The notes: generated by a model not told the origin, from the sequence alone. Numbered from the stretch's first letter, positions 8,619 through 16,972 are shown. The stretch: 32,000 nt of DNA from Nitrosopumilaceae archaeon (GCA_965209085.1 OZ242376.1:457628-489627), one strand, 5' to 3'. Program-made: numbers and translations.

Positions 8619-9500
8619 ATGGCCACAAGGGCGCAGGCGTTAATTCCAATCGCAATAGCTGCGGCAATAGTGGGCATAGTGGGACTAGCCACGCTTCCAA
8701 ATGATGCAAAACTTGAATCGGTTAATTTTCCGCGCGGCATTATATCCCTTGACGGGAAGCTGCTGGACGTGCAGATTGCAGACGATGGTCCCAGGCGCCT
8801 GCGGGGTCTGATGTTTCAGGAACAGTTGGAATACAACGAGGGTATGATCCTTGAATTTGAAAAAGAAGGCGTGTATCCGCAGTGGATGCTAAACCTCCAG
8901 TTTCCTTTGGATATTCTCTGGTTTGATTCTGCGGGGAAAATTGTGCACATTGAAGAAAATATACCCCCGTGCAAAACTGCACTTGAAACACGCGCGTGCA
9001 CTGTGACAAATCCTGAGAACACACCGGCGATGTACATTCTAGAGCTGAGTGCCGGATATGTGCAAATGTTTAACGTAACTATAAACTCTGTACTAAATGC
9101 TGACATTGAGCAAATCAATTTTCCGCGCGGCACCATATCCCTTGACGGGAAATTCCTAGAGGTGCAGATTGCAGACGATAATGAGCGGCGCACGCGCGGC
9201 CTGATGTTTCAGGAGCAGCTAGGATATGATGAGGGGATGATCTTTGATTTTGAAAGAGACGGCGTGTACTCTCTTTGGATGCCAAACATGCAGTTTCCCT
9301 TGGATATTCTCTGGTTTGATTCTGAGGGGCACGTGGTGCACATTGAGGAGAACGTACCCCCGTGCAATACTGCAAAGATGCCCTGCCCTACGGTGAAAAA
9401 TAGCGGCACTCTGGCATTTTACGTCTTGGAGCTGGCAGCCGGATATGTGCAAATGTTTGATATAACTGCCGACTCTGTGTTGGAGATTATATCCATATGA
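8619..9500 (+). CDS. membrane-anchored protein with two tandem DUF192 (COG1430) domains
   Basis: An N-terminal hydrophobic anchor (LIPIAIAAAIVGIVGLA) is followed by two copies of a roughly 131-aa unit (NFPRGxISLDGKxLxVQIADD..RR.RGLMFQEQL.Y.EGMI..FE..GVY..WM.N.QFPLDILWFDS.G..VHIEEN.PPC...YVLEL.AGYVQMF). Confidence 0.8.
   Translation: MATRAQALIPIAIAAAIVGIVGLATLPNDAKLESVNFPRGIISLDGKLLDVQIADDGPRRLRGLMFQEQLEYNEGMILEFEKEGVYPQWMLNLQFPLDILWFDSAGKIVHIEENIPPCKTALETRACTVTNPENTPAMYILELSAGYVQMFNVTINSVLNADIEQINFPRGTISLDGKFLEVQIADDNERRTRGLMFQEQLGYDEGMIFDFERDGVYSLWMPNMQFPLDILWFDSEGHVVHIEENVPPCNTAKMPCPTVKNSGTLAFYVLELAAGYVQMFDITADSVLEIISI
8724..9497 (+). repeat. intragenic tandem duplication (2 x ~393 bp) encoding the two DUF192 domains
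   Basis: The string aattttccgcgcgg occurs at 8724 and 9117, a period of 393 bp. The units remain recognisably similar at nucleotide level and are about 70 percent identical at protein level by eye. Confidence 0.85.
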
Positions 9501-9540
9501 GCATAATACATGGCGTATCAAAACGCGGCGTCCTCTTATC

Positions 9541-10296
9541 ATGATGGATATGCTGTGGCTTTTGCCGCTGGGATTTGTAGCCGGAACTGTCGGCTCGATG
9601 GTGGGCCTTGGAGGGGGAATCATAATGGTTCCTGCCCTGACTCTGGCCGGATATTCGCCTACACTGGCAGTTACTGTAAGCCTTTATGCAATATTTAGCA
9701 ATGCTGCTGCATCCACAATACTGTATGCCCGGCGGGGTCTTGTCGCCTTTAAAACCGGCATATTCATGGCAGCTGTTGCAATTCCGGGAACCGCACTGGG
9801 TGCTGTTCTCTCATCACGGGTGGATAGGGACGAGTTTCAGATTCTCTTTGGAGTTTTAATGATTGCAGTTGCAATATACACTGCGGTAAGACAAAACATC
9901 AGCGGCGGGGCAAAAGTTGGTACCGTATCTGCTGCAATTGCAGCACTAGCTAGCCTTGGAGCCGGAATGGTGTCCAGCTTTTTTGGCATAGGGGGGGGAA
10001 TCATATTTGTTCCTGTCCTAGTAATGGTGCTTGGAATGGGAATGGCGCGCGCCGCACCCACCTCGCAGTTTGCACTCTTGTTCATATCTTTTGCCGGAAT
10101 GATATCGCATACTGCACTTGGACACGCAGGATTGTACGAGGCGGCCCTGCTCTCTGCTGGCGCATTTGCAGGAGGATTGCTTGGATCAAAGCTTGCATCA
10201 AGGGTGCGGCAGAAAAATCTGCGGATAATATTGTCACTGCTTGTGGCAGCTGCTGCAATCCACTTGTTCATCGATGCATTGTCAGGATGGTTTTAA
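9541..10296 (+). CDS. TauE/SafE (DUF81) family anion exporter/permease
   Basis: It has multiple TM helices with the duplicated glycine-rich motifs GSMVGLGGGIIMVP and SSFFGIGGGIIFVP typical of TauE/SafE. Confidence 0.85.
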   Translation: MMDMLWLLPLGFVAGTVGSMVGLGGGIIMVPALTLAGYSPTLAVTVSLYAIFSNAAASTILYARRGLVAFKTGIFMAAVAIPGTALGAVLSSRVDRDEFQILFGVLMIAVAIYTAVRQNISGGAKVGTVSAAIAALASLGAGMVSSFFGIGGGIIFVPVLVMVLGMGMARAAPTSQFALLFISFAGMISHTALGHAGLYEAALLSAGAFAGGLLGSKLASRVRQKNLRIILSLLVAAAAIHLFIDALSGWF

Positions 10297-12023
10297 CGCA
10301 ACTCATCAACGCAGTGTATTACCTGCGATGATGAGACAGCACCCTCCGTATGGAAATAATCAATTGCATCATTTATCCTCTGATTCTCCGGCTCTGCACC
10401 GCCAACTGCACCTGGTAAAATCAGGTGCGCCCTGATTTTGGATTTTAACACATCTGAGAGCTCTTGGTTTACGGTAGCTGCAAACGGACGGAGAGCTCCG
10501 CGGAACACCTCTGCTCTTGCACGCTGCACGCCGCTGACTTTACCTGCCGGCATTTGCGGCCCGATAATGGCGATAATCCCTGTTTTTCCAACATATAATC
10601 TTGGATCCTTTGATCCTCCGGGTACAAACAACTCGAGTGCGCACTGTAAAACGGATGCGGGCGTATTGACAAACCTGTCCACAAACTCGTCCCACTTTGC
10701 GCGCCCAATCTCTGTAAACGATACATCCGGTACATCGCCGGTAAAATGCAACATCTCTGCAATGGGGCCAATCTTTTCTGATGCAGTATTCATCCATTTT
10801 GTGATCTGCATTTGATCTGCAATGTCAGTTTTGTGCGAATGGAATTTCTCCGATATGGATGAGGCAAGCGCCTCTTTTGCATAATTGTCTATCATACAGA
10901 CTACTTTGGCACCGCATGATTCTGCATGGAATGCTGCAGAAATCACCCTGTCAGCATCAGATTTGTTTGACGGATTTACAGTTATAAAGACGCATTTTCC
11001 TGCAAGATCCGGTTTTGGAGATGCCGGTGTGCCAGATCCAACGTGCGGCCGTACAGGATAAAACACCCTGTCCCCTGGAATCACCTTGCCGTTTAACGTA
11101 GCAGATGTTGCATCGCCGCATAAAATTAAAACCATATCTGCCACCTGCGTCTGTGACAGAAACTGTCCGTCAGCTATCATGCGTGACGTGTTTTTTTGTA
11201 TCTTTTCGGCAACTGTTGATATCTTTCCAAGCAGACTGCGCAGTGTTTTTTCATTATCTCCTGCAACAGCTTTGGATATTGTCTGCTTATCCTCGCCAAG
11301 CAGCGGCAAAACCTTATCACACGCTTTTTCTGTCTCTTCAGGATTCATATCCTCAAATCCTGACACGCGCATGAATTCTGCAGCTGCCTTTGGATACACT
11401 GTCTTGTATATCCTATCCGAATGCACAGGTCCCGGATTTGTTGCAATGGATGCTATGTTTTTTGCAACCAGCTCCCATGAGAGCGCCTCTGAGAGTCTGT
11501 TCTTTGCACCCTGTGCTGCAGTATACGGACTGCGAAATCTGTATGGGCGCTGCTCAAGCGGACGCTCTTCTGTAAAAAATGTCGATATTGTAATAATTTT
11601 GGCATTCTCTGCAAGAACCGGCAGGCTGCGAATACTGGTCCAAAACGTTCCAGTCAAATGTATTGCAACCGCACTTTTGAAATCCTCAATTCGCATATGA
11701 GAAAAACACATCACGGGACCGGAGATGCCCGCATTGTTCACCACATAGTCTATCTTTGTGCCGGATTTTTCAATTGCATCAAACATGCCATCTATCCCAT
11801 CTGCATCACTCACATCGACTCCATCGTACATGGTAACTGATGCGCCGCTGCCTGATTCTGAGATTACCTTTTCTATTCCTTTGGCAGCCTCTACAAGAGG
11901 TTCTTTGCGCCTGCCAAGTATGATAACACTTGCCCCGTTTTGGACAAATTTTGTGGCTATGGCAAGACCAATACCTGTACCGCTGCCCGTAATCAGAGCG
12001 GTCTTGTTTTTGAATTTTAACAC
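10293..12023 (-). CDS. two-domain short-chain dehydrogenase/reductase (SDR + helical insert + second Rossmann-like domain); Chloroflexus malonyl-CoA-reductase-like architecture
   Basis: The N-terminal classical SDR carries TGSGTGIG, NNAG and ITISTFF...RPYRFRSPYTAAQGAKNRL...NPGPVHSDRI. It is followed by an insert of about 80 aa and a second alpha/beta domain (KCVFITVNPSNKSDADRVISAAFHAESCGAKVVCMID...IIAIIGP). The functional call is inference; see findings. Confidence 0.85.
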   Translation of the reverse strand: MLKFKNKTALITGSGTGIGLAIATKFVQNGASVIILGRRKEPLVEAAKGIEKVISESGSGASVTMYDGVDVSDADGIDGMFDAIEKSGTKIDYVVNNAGISGPVMCFSHMRIEDFKSAVAIHLTGTFWTSIRSLPVLAENAKIITISTFFTEERPLEQRPYRFRSPYTAAQGAKNRLSEALSWELVAKNIASIATNPGPVHSDRIYKTVYPKAAAEFMRVSGFEDMNPEETEKACDKVLPLLGEDKQTISKAVAGDNEKTLRSLLGKISTVAEKIQKNTSRMIADGQFLSQTQVADMVLILCGDATSATLNGKVIPGDRVFYPVRPHVGSGTPASPKPDLAGKCVFITVNPSNKSDADRVISAAFHAESCGAKVVCMIDNYAKEALASSISEKFHSHKTDIADQMQITKWMNTASEKIGPIAEMLHFTGDVPDVSFTEIGRAKWDEFVDRFVNTPASVLQCALELFVPGGSKDPRLYVGKTGIIAIIGPQMPAGKVSGVQRARAEVFRGALRPFAATVNQELSDVLKSKIRAHLILPGAVGGAEPENQRINDAIDYFHTEGAVSSSQVIHCVDELR

Positions 12024-12228
12024 GATCTGCTCTCAAATTTGACTCTTTATTTATGTTCAAATTTTGATTCACCTCATGCCAAAACATGCGATCATTTTTG
12101 TCAAATCCGGCATCATTTTGTACAGATTAAATCCTGGGTTCTGTTGCGTTGTCTGGTGCTAGGCGTGAATGTGGATCTTCTTTGGGTTGAATATCTTATG
12201 AACGATTGAATTCCTTTTTGATGCGAAC

Positions 12229-13100
12229 CCCTGTAGAAGGAGAACGATTTTTGCATTAAAAATGATAGGATCCGAGGGCTCATTTTGTCATTGCCCTCCG
12301 TGCGGTGCCAAATTCTGATGGCGTCGCATATCCTATTGCAGTGTACTCGGTTCTGATTGTAATCCTCAAAGGCGTATGATATTGCATTCTCTGCGTCCTG
12401 GAACGTCTCAAAGTCGCGCGGCCCGAAATATTCTTTCTTGAGGCTCTTGTGAAAGGATTTCACATGACCGTTTTGATCTGGCGTATGGTAGTGGATGAAT
12501 TCCTGCCGTACACCGTATGCTTTTACAGCTTGTCAAACTGTAATGAAACATACTGGGAACCGTTATCTGTTCTTAGAGTAAGATTTGAGCAATCCGGTTT
12601 CTTGGAGGCTAGATCTTCAGTTAATGCTGCAATGGCACCGTCTGTGACCGCTCTTGGCCCAAACGCATATCCTACCCACTCGCGGGTAAATACAAAGGAT
12701 GCTGAATAGATAACACCATCTGTCTTGACCGCACCAAACATACGTCATGTCCACCTGCCAGAGTTGATCAGGTCCTGCAGGTTTTGGCCGTTTTCTGGAG
12801 CGTATGATCTCTTTTTTGGGTTTTGCAGGCGTACTCTAGCCTAGATAATGGTATATTTTCTTAATCTTTTTGCAGTTTACGGGTTTGCCTGTAATGCAAG
12901 ATATGGTGACTACCATTCTTCGTGTTCCATACGTGGGTCTGTTCTGAGCAACCTGTTGCACTGGTTTTGAGATTTCTTTATCAATTCCGATAACGTGTGG
13001 TTTTTTGACAGCATACAGTCTCATGTTGGACGCTCCAGTATAGCGTGCGGATTTGCGAAGACTCAAACCTTGCTCCTGCATGAGTGTAACAGCTTTCATT
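12229..13100 (-). mobile_element. IS3-family element, truncated and degenerate copy 1 (orfB remnants only)
   Basis: Minus-strand frames carry MKAVTLMQEQGLSLRKSARYTG...RPTYGTRRM...GKPVNCKKIKKIYHYLG*, then ..DQLWQVDMTYVW / GAVKTDGVIYSASFVFTREWVGYAF...LTLRTDNGSQYVSLQFDK / AVKAYGVRQEFIHYHTPDQNGHVKSFHKSLKKEY...EDYNQNRVH / TAIGYATPSEF. There are at least three frameshifts plus a TAG. Homology to copy 2 begins at CCCTGTA (12229) and is lost just past 13100, so no orfA is present. Confidence 0.8.
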
Positions 13101-13470
13101 GTAACTGTCTAGAGTTTTGAAGCGATTTGATCATATGATCGAGTATTTTCCATCGTGATCTTTATGGATCAAGCCCAAACATGACGAATTGTTGTCAGAA
13201 CGTGACCAAAATAACCTCAATCCTGGATTACTCCACAAGGTATTGCAGGAAAATGCACGGTTATGACGTATCGACAAACAACAGAAAAAAGAGAACACTG
13301 TCATGAAAATCAAATATTCCCCACTTGAAGTAAAGTATTCCATACTTGAAAAAAATCTGCAGATCAACAAAAAGAAATAGATGATCTAAAATTCGCAGTA
13401 AAAGAACTTGCCGCAAAGAATGGCTCTGTCCATGAATAAAATCAAAAACATACCATAAATCTTTTAGATC

Positions 13471-14412
13471 ATGAACGTAAATGACCGAAAAAGCTTTGGA
13501 TCAGTAGATCAGAGCCAATTTAATGAAATCAACAAAGCACAAACGACGAGGAAATCTTGCTAGATCACACCAAATGTTAACCTCGATTATAATGAAAGCA
13601 AAAAATCAAGGGGTAAAGCCATGGAAACCAAGTCCGTTAGGACAAACCGGCTTTGACCCCCTGGGAATGACTGTGTGTATTGCCCTAAAGACAATGCAAT
13701 AACTGTCATACGATGAACTCGTAGATTATCTTGAAGATTCATCACGTTTACGATCAATACCGGACTTGAAAAGAGTGCCGTCAAGGTCGGCGTTGCAAGT
13801 AGCATCTAGAATTGATAAGCATTTCATCACATGGATGATAAATTCTGCAGGCAGACCTGGAATGAAAGGTACATTGTACGGGGATTCTACAGGAATTGCA
13901 ATAAACGGGCATAATACATGGCTTGATGCAAAAAATGGATCAAGGTCCAGACGGGATTATCGTAAATTGCATATTGTAACTACTGAAAACGGCATAATCA
14001 TATCATATCCTATGATATTACCCATGCACGACGCCATGATGCACCAATATTTGAGCAAATATGTGACACACTGCCGCACGGTTCCGGTCATGTGATGCTT
14101 GATGCAGCATATCTTTCACGCAACATATGCACGCTCATAGAAAAGATTGGACGAATTCCTGTAACAATGCCAAGAAAAGATGTTCGCGTACGTGGATTTG
14201 ACGCAATGGGAAAGATGCTTCGATGGCATCGTGATAATCCTGATGAATTTCTATCCATATACCACAAACGTAGCAACGTAGAGGCCACGTTTTCATCCAT
14301 GAAGAGAAGGTTTTCATCCACTCTGAGTACACGCAAATTTGCAACACAGAAAATTGAATTATGCTTTTTTGTCTTGTGTTATAATATTCACATTCTAGCT
14401 GCCGCAGTCTAG
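13471..14412 (+). pseudogene. IS4/IS5-like (DDE_Tnp_1-type) transposase pseudogene
   Basis: The pieces sit in different frames: MNVNDRKSFGSVDQSQFNEINKAQTTRKS*, MKAKNQGVKPWKPSPLGQTGFDPLGMTVCIALKTMQ*, LSYDELVDYLEDSSRLRSI...YGDSTGIAINGH...YRKLHIVTTENG...HDA / PIFEQICDTLPHGSGHVMLDAAYLSRNICTLIEKIGRIPVTMPRK...YHKRSNVEATFSSMKRRF. A 1-nt frameshift lies near 14035-14040 and an in-frame stop near 13700. A coiled-coil-like leader fragment lies upstream at about 13250-13440. Confidence 0.7.
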
Positions 14413-14636
14413 ATTCTGACACTTTGTGTCGAATACGATCCTAGCGTATGCTATACTCTAAAACCCAATATTTGCAATACTGACAAGATGAGCAGGGCTT
14501 GATAATGGCGAATTGGTGGACATGTTGCATGATTTTGAATAAATTTGATCGGATTTTATAAAAAATGCTCATTCATGGACAGAGATCCGCGCGGCAGTAT
14601 AGTTAAATATCACAATAAAATAATAATTGGAATAAC

Positions 14637-15461
14637 ATGTTGAGAATTCATTCAAGTTTCATTATTTTTATGTGTATTATATTTATGTCATCGACATTAT
14701 ATACGACATATGCAGAATCCGAGTCAAAAACTTGTAAAGAAAGAGGGGAAGCATTTACAATTGATAAATATAATACTACTGGGTATGAATTAATTCACAT
14801 AATATCACACCCAAATCATACTGGAGATATCAAGCTTACATTATGTTGGATAGTTGATAATCAGATACAAGTTGGTAAATTAATAACATTAGATGCTAAA
14901 GCAAGTAGTGAACGCTATGCTATGAATAACAGTAATGATAAAATAACCATAACTTTTCCGAAGGAAGTCATAAATTATTGGGAAGATCCAAATCATACAA
15001 GACAGTTAAATTATACAACGTCTAACCAATTAGTTTTGATACAAAATAATTCTATAATTTTTGAATCGAAACCAATTAATTTTCGATTTACTGTACCAGA
15101 AAATATTTCAATCTCATATTGTGAATATTTTCCAGATGAAGAATGTTTTAATGTAACTAGTTTACTTCGACCTGCATCATACTATTTAGATCAAGAAATT
15201 AAATTAATTGAAAAAACATTAAACCTAACTAAAAAAACATTAGAACTAACTAATAAAACAGCAATACTGACTATGAAAATATTAGATTTAAATGAGAAAA
15301 TGATACAATTGACTCTCATTATAGTAACATTGACTCTCATTATAGCAGCATTGACAATTTTAGGTTTTGTTGATAGAATGTCCCACAAACTATTAACTCG
15401 TTTAAAAAAAGCATTAATAATTCGTTTAAAAAAACTATATATGAGGTCACCTCATGACTAA
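14637..15461 (+). CDS. hypothetical secreted / C-terminally anchored protein, N-glycosylation-sequon rich, with heptad-repeat stalk
   Basis: An N-terminal signal-like hydrophobic segment (SSFIIFMCIIFMSSTLYTTYA) is followed by 9 N-x-S/T sequons. Seven consecutive 7-aa repeats run into a C-terminal TM helix (LTLIIVTLTLIIAALTILGF), followed by a basic tail. The gene is very AT-rich (13 of 60 G+C hand-counted at 14641-14700). An intact 274-codon ORF in such AT-rich DNA argues that it is coding. Confidence 0.6.
   Translation: MLRIHSSFIIFMCIIFMSSTLYTTYAESESKTCKERGEAFTIDKYNTTGYELIHIISHPNHTGDIKLTLCWIVDNQIQVGKLITLDAKASSERYAMNNSNDKITITFPKEVINYWEDPNHTRQLNYTTSNQLVLIQNNSIIFESKPINFRFTVPENISISYCEYFPDEECFNVTSLLRPASYYLDQEIKLIEKTLNLTKKTLELTNKTAILTMKILDLNEKMIQLTLIIVTLTLIIAALTILGFVDRMSHKLLTRLKKALIIRLKKLYMRSPHD
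15213..15359 (+). repeat. seven tandem 21-bp (heptad) coding repeats
   Basis: The units are KTLNLTK/KTLELTN/KTAILTM/KILDLNE/KMIQLTL/IIVTLTL/IIAALTI. Nucleotide-level repeats are visible, for example aaaacattaaacctaactaa / aaaacattagaactaactaa and ttgactctcattatagtaaca / ttgactctcattatagcagca. Confidence 0.8.
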
Positions 15462-15543
15462 CAAATTAGTCAATAACACACGATCATCTAGATCCAAATA
15501 CCATCAATAAATAATACATCTCATGAGCAATCGTGGTGCGGAT

Positions 15544-16761
15544 CCCTGTACAATGAGAACGATTTTTGCATTAAAAATGATAGGATCTGAGGGCTCATTT
15601 TATAATTGCCCTCCGTGCGGTGCCAAATTCTGATGGCGTTGCATATTCTATTGCAGTGTACTCGGTTCTGATTGTAATCCTCAAAGGCGTATGATATTGC
15701 AGCTTCGGCATCCTGGAACGTCTCAAAGTCGCGCGGACAGACATACTCTTTCTTGAGACTCTTGTGGAAGGATTCCACATGACAGTTTTACTCTGGTGTA
15801 TGGTAGTGGATGAATTCCGACCTCACACCGTATGCTTTTACAGCTTGTCAAACTGTAATGAAACATACTGGGAACCGTTATCTGTTCTTAGAGTAAGATT
15901 TGAGCAATCCGGTTTCTTGGAGGCTGAAGCTTCAGTTAATGCTGCAATGGCACAGTCTGTGACCACTCTTGGCTCAAACGCATATCCTAACCATTCATGG
16001 GTAAATGCAAAGGATGTTGAATAGGTAACACCATCTGTCCTGACCGCACCAAATGTACGTCATGTCAGCTTGCCAAAGCTGATCCAGTCTTGTGGGCTTT
16101 GGTCGTTTTCTAGAGCGTATAATCTCTTTTTTGGGTTTTGCAAGCGTACTCCAGCCCAGATAATGGTATATTTTCTTCACTTTTTTGCAGTTTACAGGCT
16201 TGCCCGTAATACGGGACATGGTGGCAGCCATTCTTCATGTTCCATATGTGGGTCTGCTCTGACCAACTTGTTGCACCATCTTTGAGATTTCCTTGTTGAT
16301 TTGAATAATGCGTGGTTTTTTCGGAGCGTACAGCATATTGTTGGATATTCCGGTATAACGTATGGATTTGCGGACACTGAAACCTTGTTTTTGCATGAGG
16401 GTCAATGCTTTCATTTTGTGCTCTCCTCTAACGTTTTTTTAAAACATCATTGGCTATGGTCCGCTCTCCAATGAGTTTTTTGAGGGATTCATTTTCACTT
16501 GTAAGCGTCTTGACTGCATTGTCCCTAGGCTTTCCGGAAAGAGCAGCTTTGCAAGATTCAATGAATGACTCCCCCAACGATTGAACATTATCGGACTGAT
16601 ATTGTGTCTGCGGCACAGCTCAGCTTGGGTAATGCGTGTGTTTAATGACTCCATAATGATACGCACCTTTTCATCTGGAGCACGATGTGGTTTTTTCATT
16701 GGCAAATCCACTCCAGAGGGGGTAAAATTTGTAACACTTGGAGTATTCTCATTTTATGGGG
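15544..16761 (-). mobile_element. IS3-family element, near full-length but degenerate copy 2 (orfA + orfB, multiple lesions)
   Basis: orfA reads MKKPHRAPDEKVRIIMESLNTRITQAELCRRHNISPIMFNRW / (frameshift) ...SFIESCKAALSGKPRDNAVKTLTSENESLKKLIGERTIANDVLKKR*. orfB reads MKALTLMQKQGFSVRKSIRYTG...RPTYGT*RM (TGA at 16235-16237 where copy 1 has Arg) ...GKPVNCKKVKKIYHYLGW...LDQLWQADMTYIW / ...RTDNGSQYVSLQFDK / ...ESFHKSLKKEY...YNQNRVH / TAIEYATPSEF. Imperfect terminal inverted repeats are CCCTGTACAATGAGAA (15544-15559) and the reverse complement of ttctcattttatgggg (16746-16761), matching at 13 of 16 positions. Length is 1218 bp. Confidence 0.85.
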
Positions 16762-16925
16762 TCACTCCAACATTCGCATACAAGACCGTTTCCAGTTCTA
16801 GAGACCGTATGGTATTTGTCGGGTGTGGTCATGGATTTTATCTTGAATTGATCAACGGCAGTTTAGATATTGCGTTTGGTGTGACGAGTATCTGTTTTGC
16901 TTGTCGTTTACGAGTGTTCACACAA

Positions 16926-16972
16926 TAGGTTACGAATTAGGTTATTTATAGATTAGGTTATCGAATAGGTTA
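16926..16972 (+). promoter_or_regulatory. four direct TAGGTTA repeats flanking a TATA-like box; putative operator/promoter of the AbrB-MTase operon
   Basis: TAGGTTA occurs at 16926, 16938, 16954 and 16966 (spacings 12, 16 and 12 bp). TTTATA at 16945-16950 lies between the two pairs, about 25 nt upstream of the ATG at 16975. That spacing fits an archaeal leaderless transcript. Confidence 0.5.

Noticed and set aside
12119-12130. Shared 8-mer aaatcctg near both island edges (about 12120 and about 21095), considered as attachment-site direct repeats.
   Set aside because: Only 8 bp match, which is easily expected by chance in two windows of about 100 nt. No adjacent integrase or tRNA is present.
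13131-13370. 79-aa minus-strand ORF between IS3 copy 1 and the IS4/5-like remnant.
   Set aside because: It is Phe/Ser/Cys-rich and low in complexity. The plus strand here carries stop-interrupted coiled-coil-like fragments (...EIDDLKFAVKELAAKNGSVHE) that look like IS debris instead.
15213-15359. Tandem 21-bp repeats and the TAGGTTA repeats (16926-16972), considered as a CRISPR array or minisatellite.
   Set aside because: The units are contiguous, with no spacers. In the first case they lie in frame within a coding region. In the second they are only 7 bp long and sit in a promoter. No CRISPR-like repeat-spacer structure exists anywhere in the window.
16428-16445. A7 run (T7 on the plus strand, 16434-16440) at the IS3 orfA/orfB junction, considered as the classical -1 programmed frameshift site.
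   Set aside because: The orfB ATG (MKALTLMQ...) lies in the +1 frame relative to the orfA end, not the -1 frame, and it has its own start with an AGGAG-like sequence upstream. With orfA itself frameshifted, the original frame relationship cannot be reconstructed by eye.
16762-16850. Minus-strand 27-codon ORF (MTTPDKYHTVSRTGNGLVCECWS...) reading into the IS3 copy-2 end, considered as the 5' end of a gene disrupted by the IS.
   Set aside because: Joining the flanks across the IS gives only about 38 codons with no recognisable domain. No target-site duplication is visible to support a clean insertion.
16581-16928. 115-aa plus-strand ORF between IS3 copy 2 and the AbrB gene.
   Set aside because: Its first half is antisense to the IS orfA and runs across the IS terminal repeat. 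No motifs are present, so it is most likely fortuitous.
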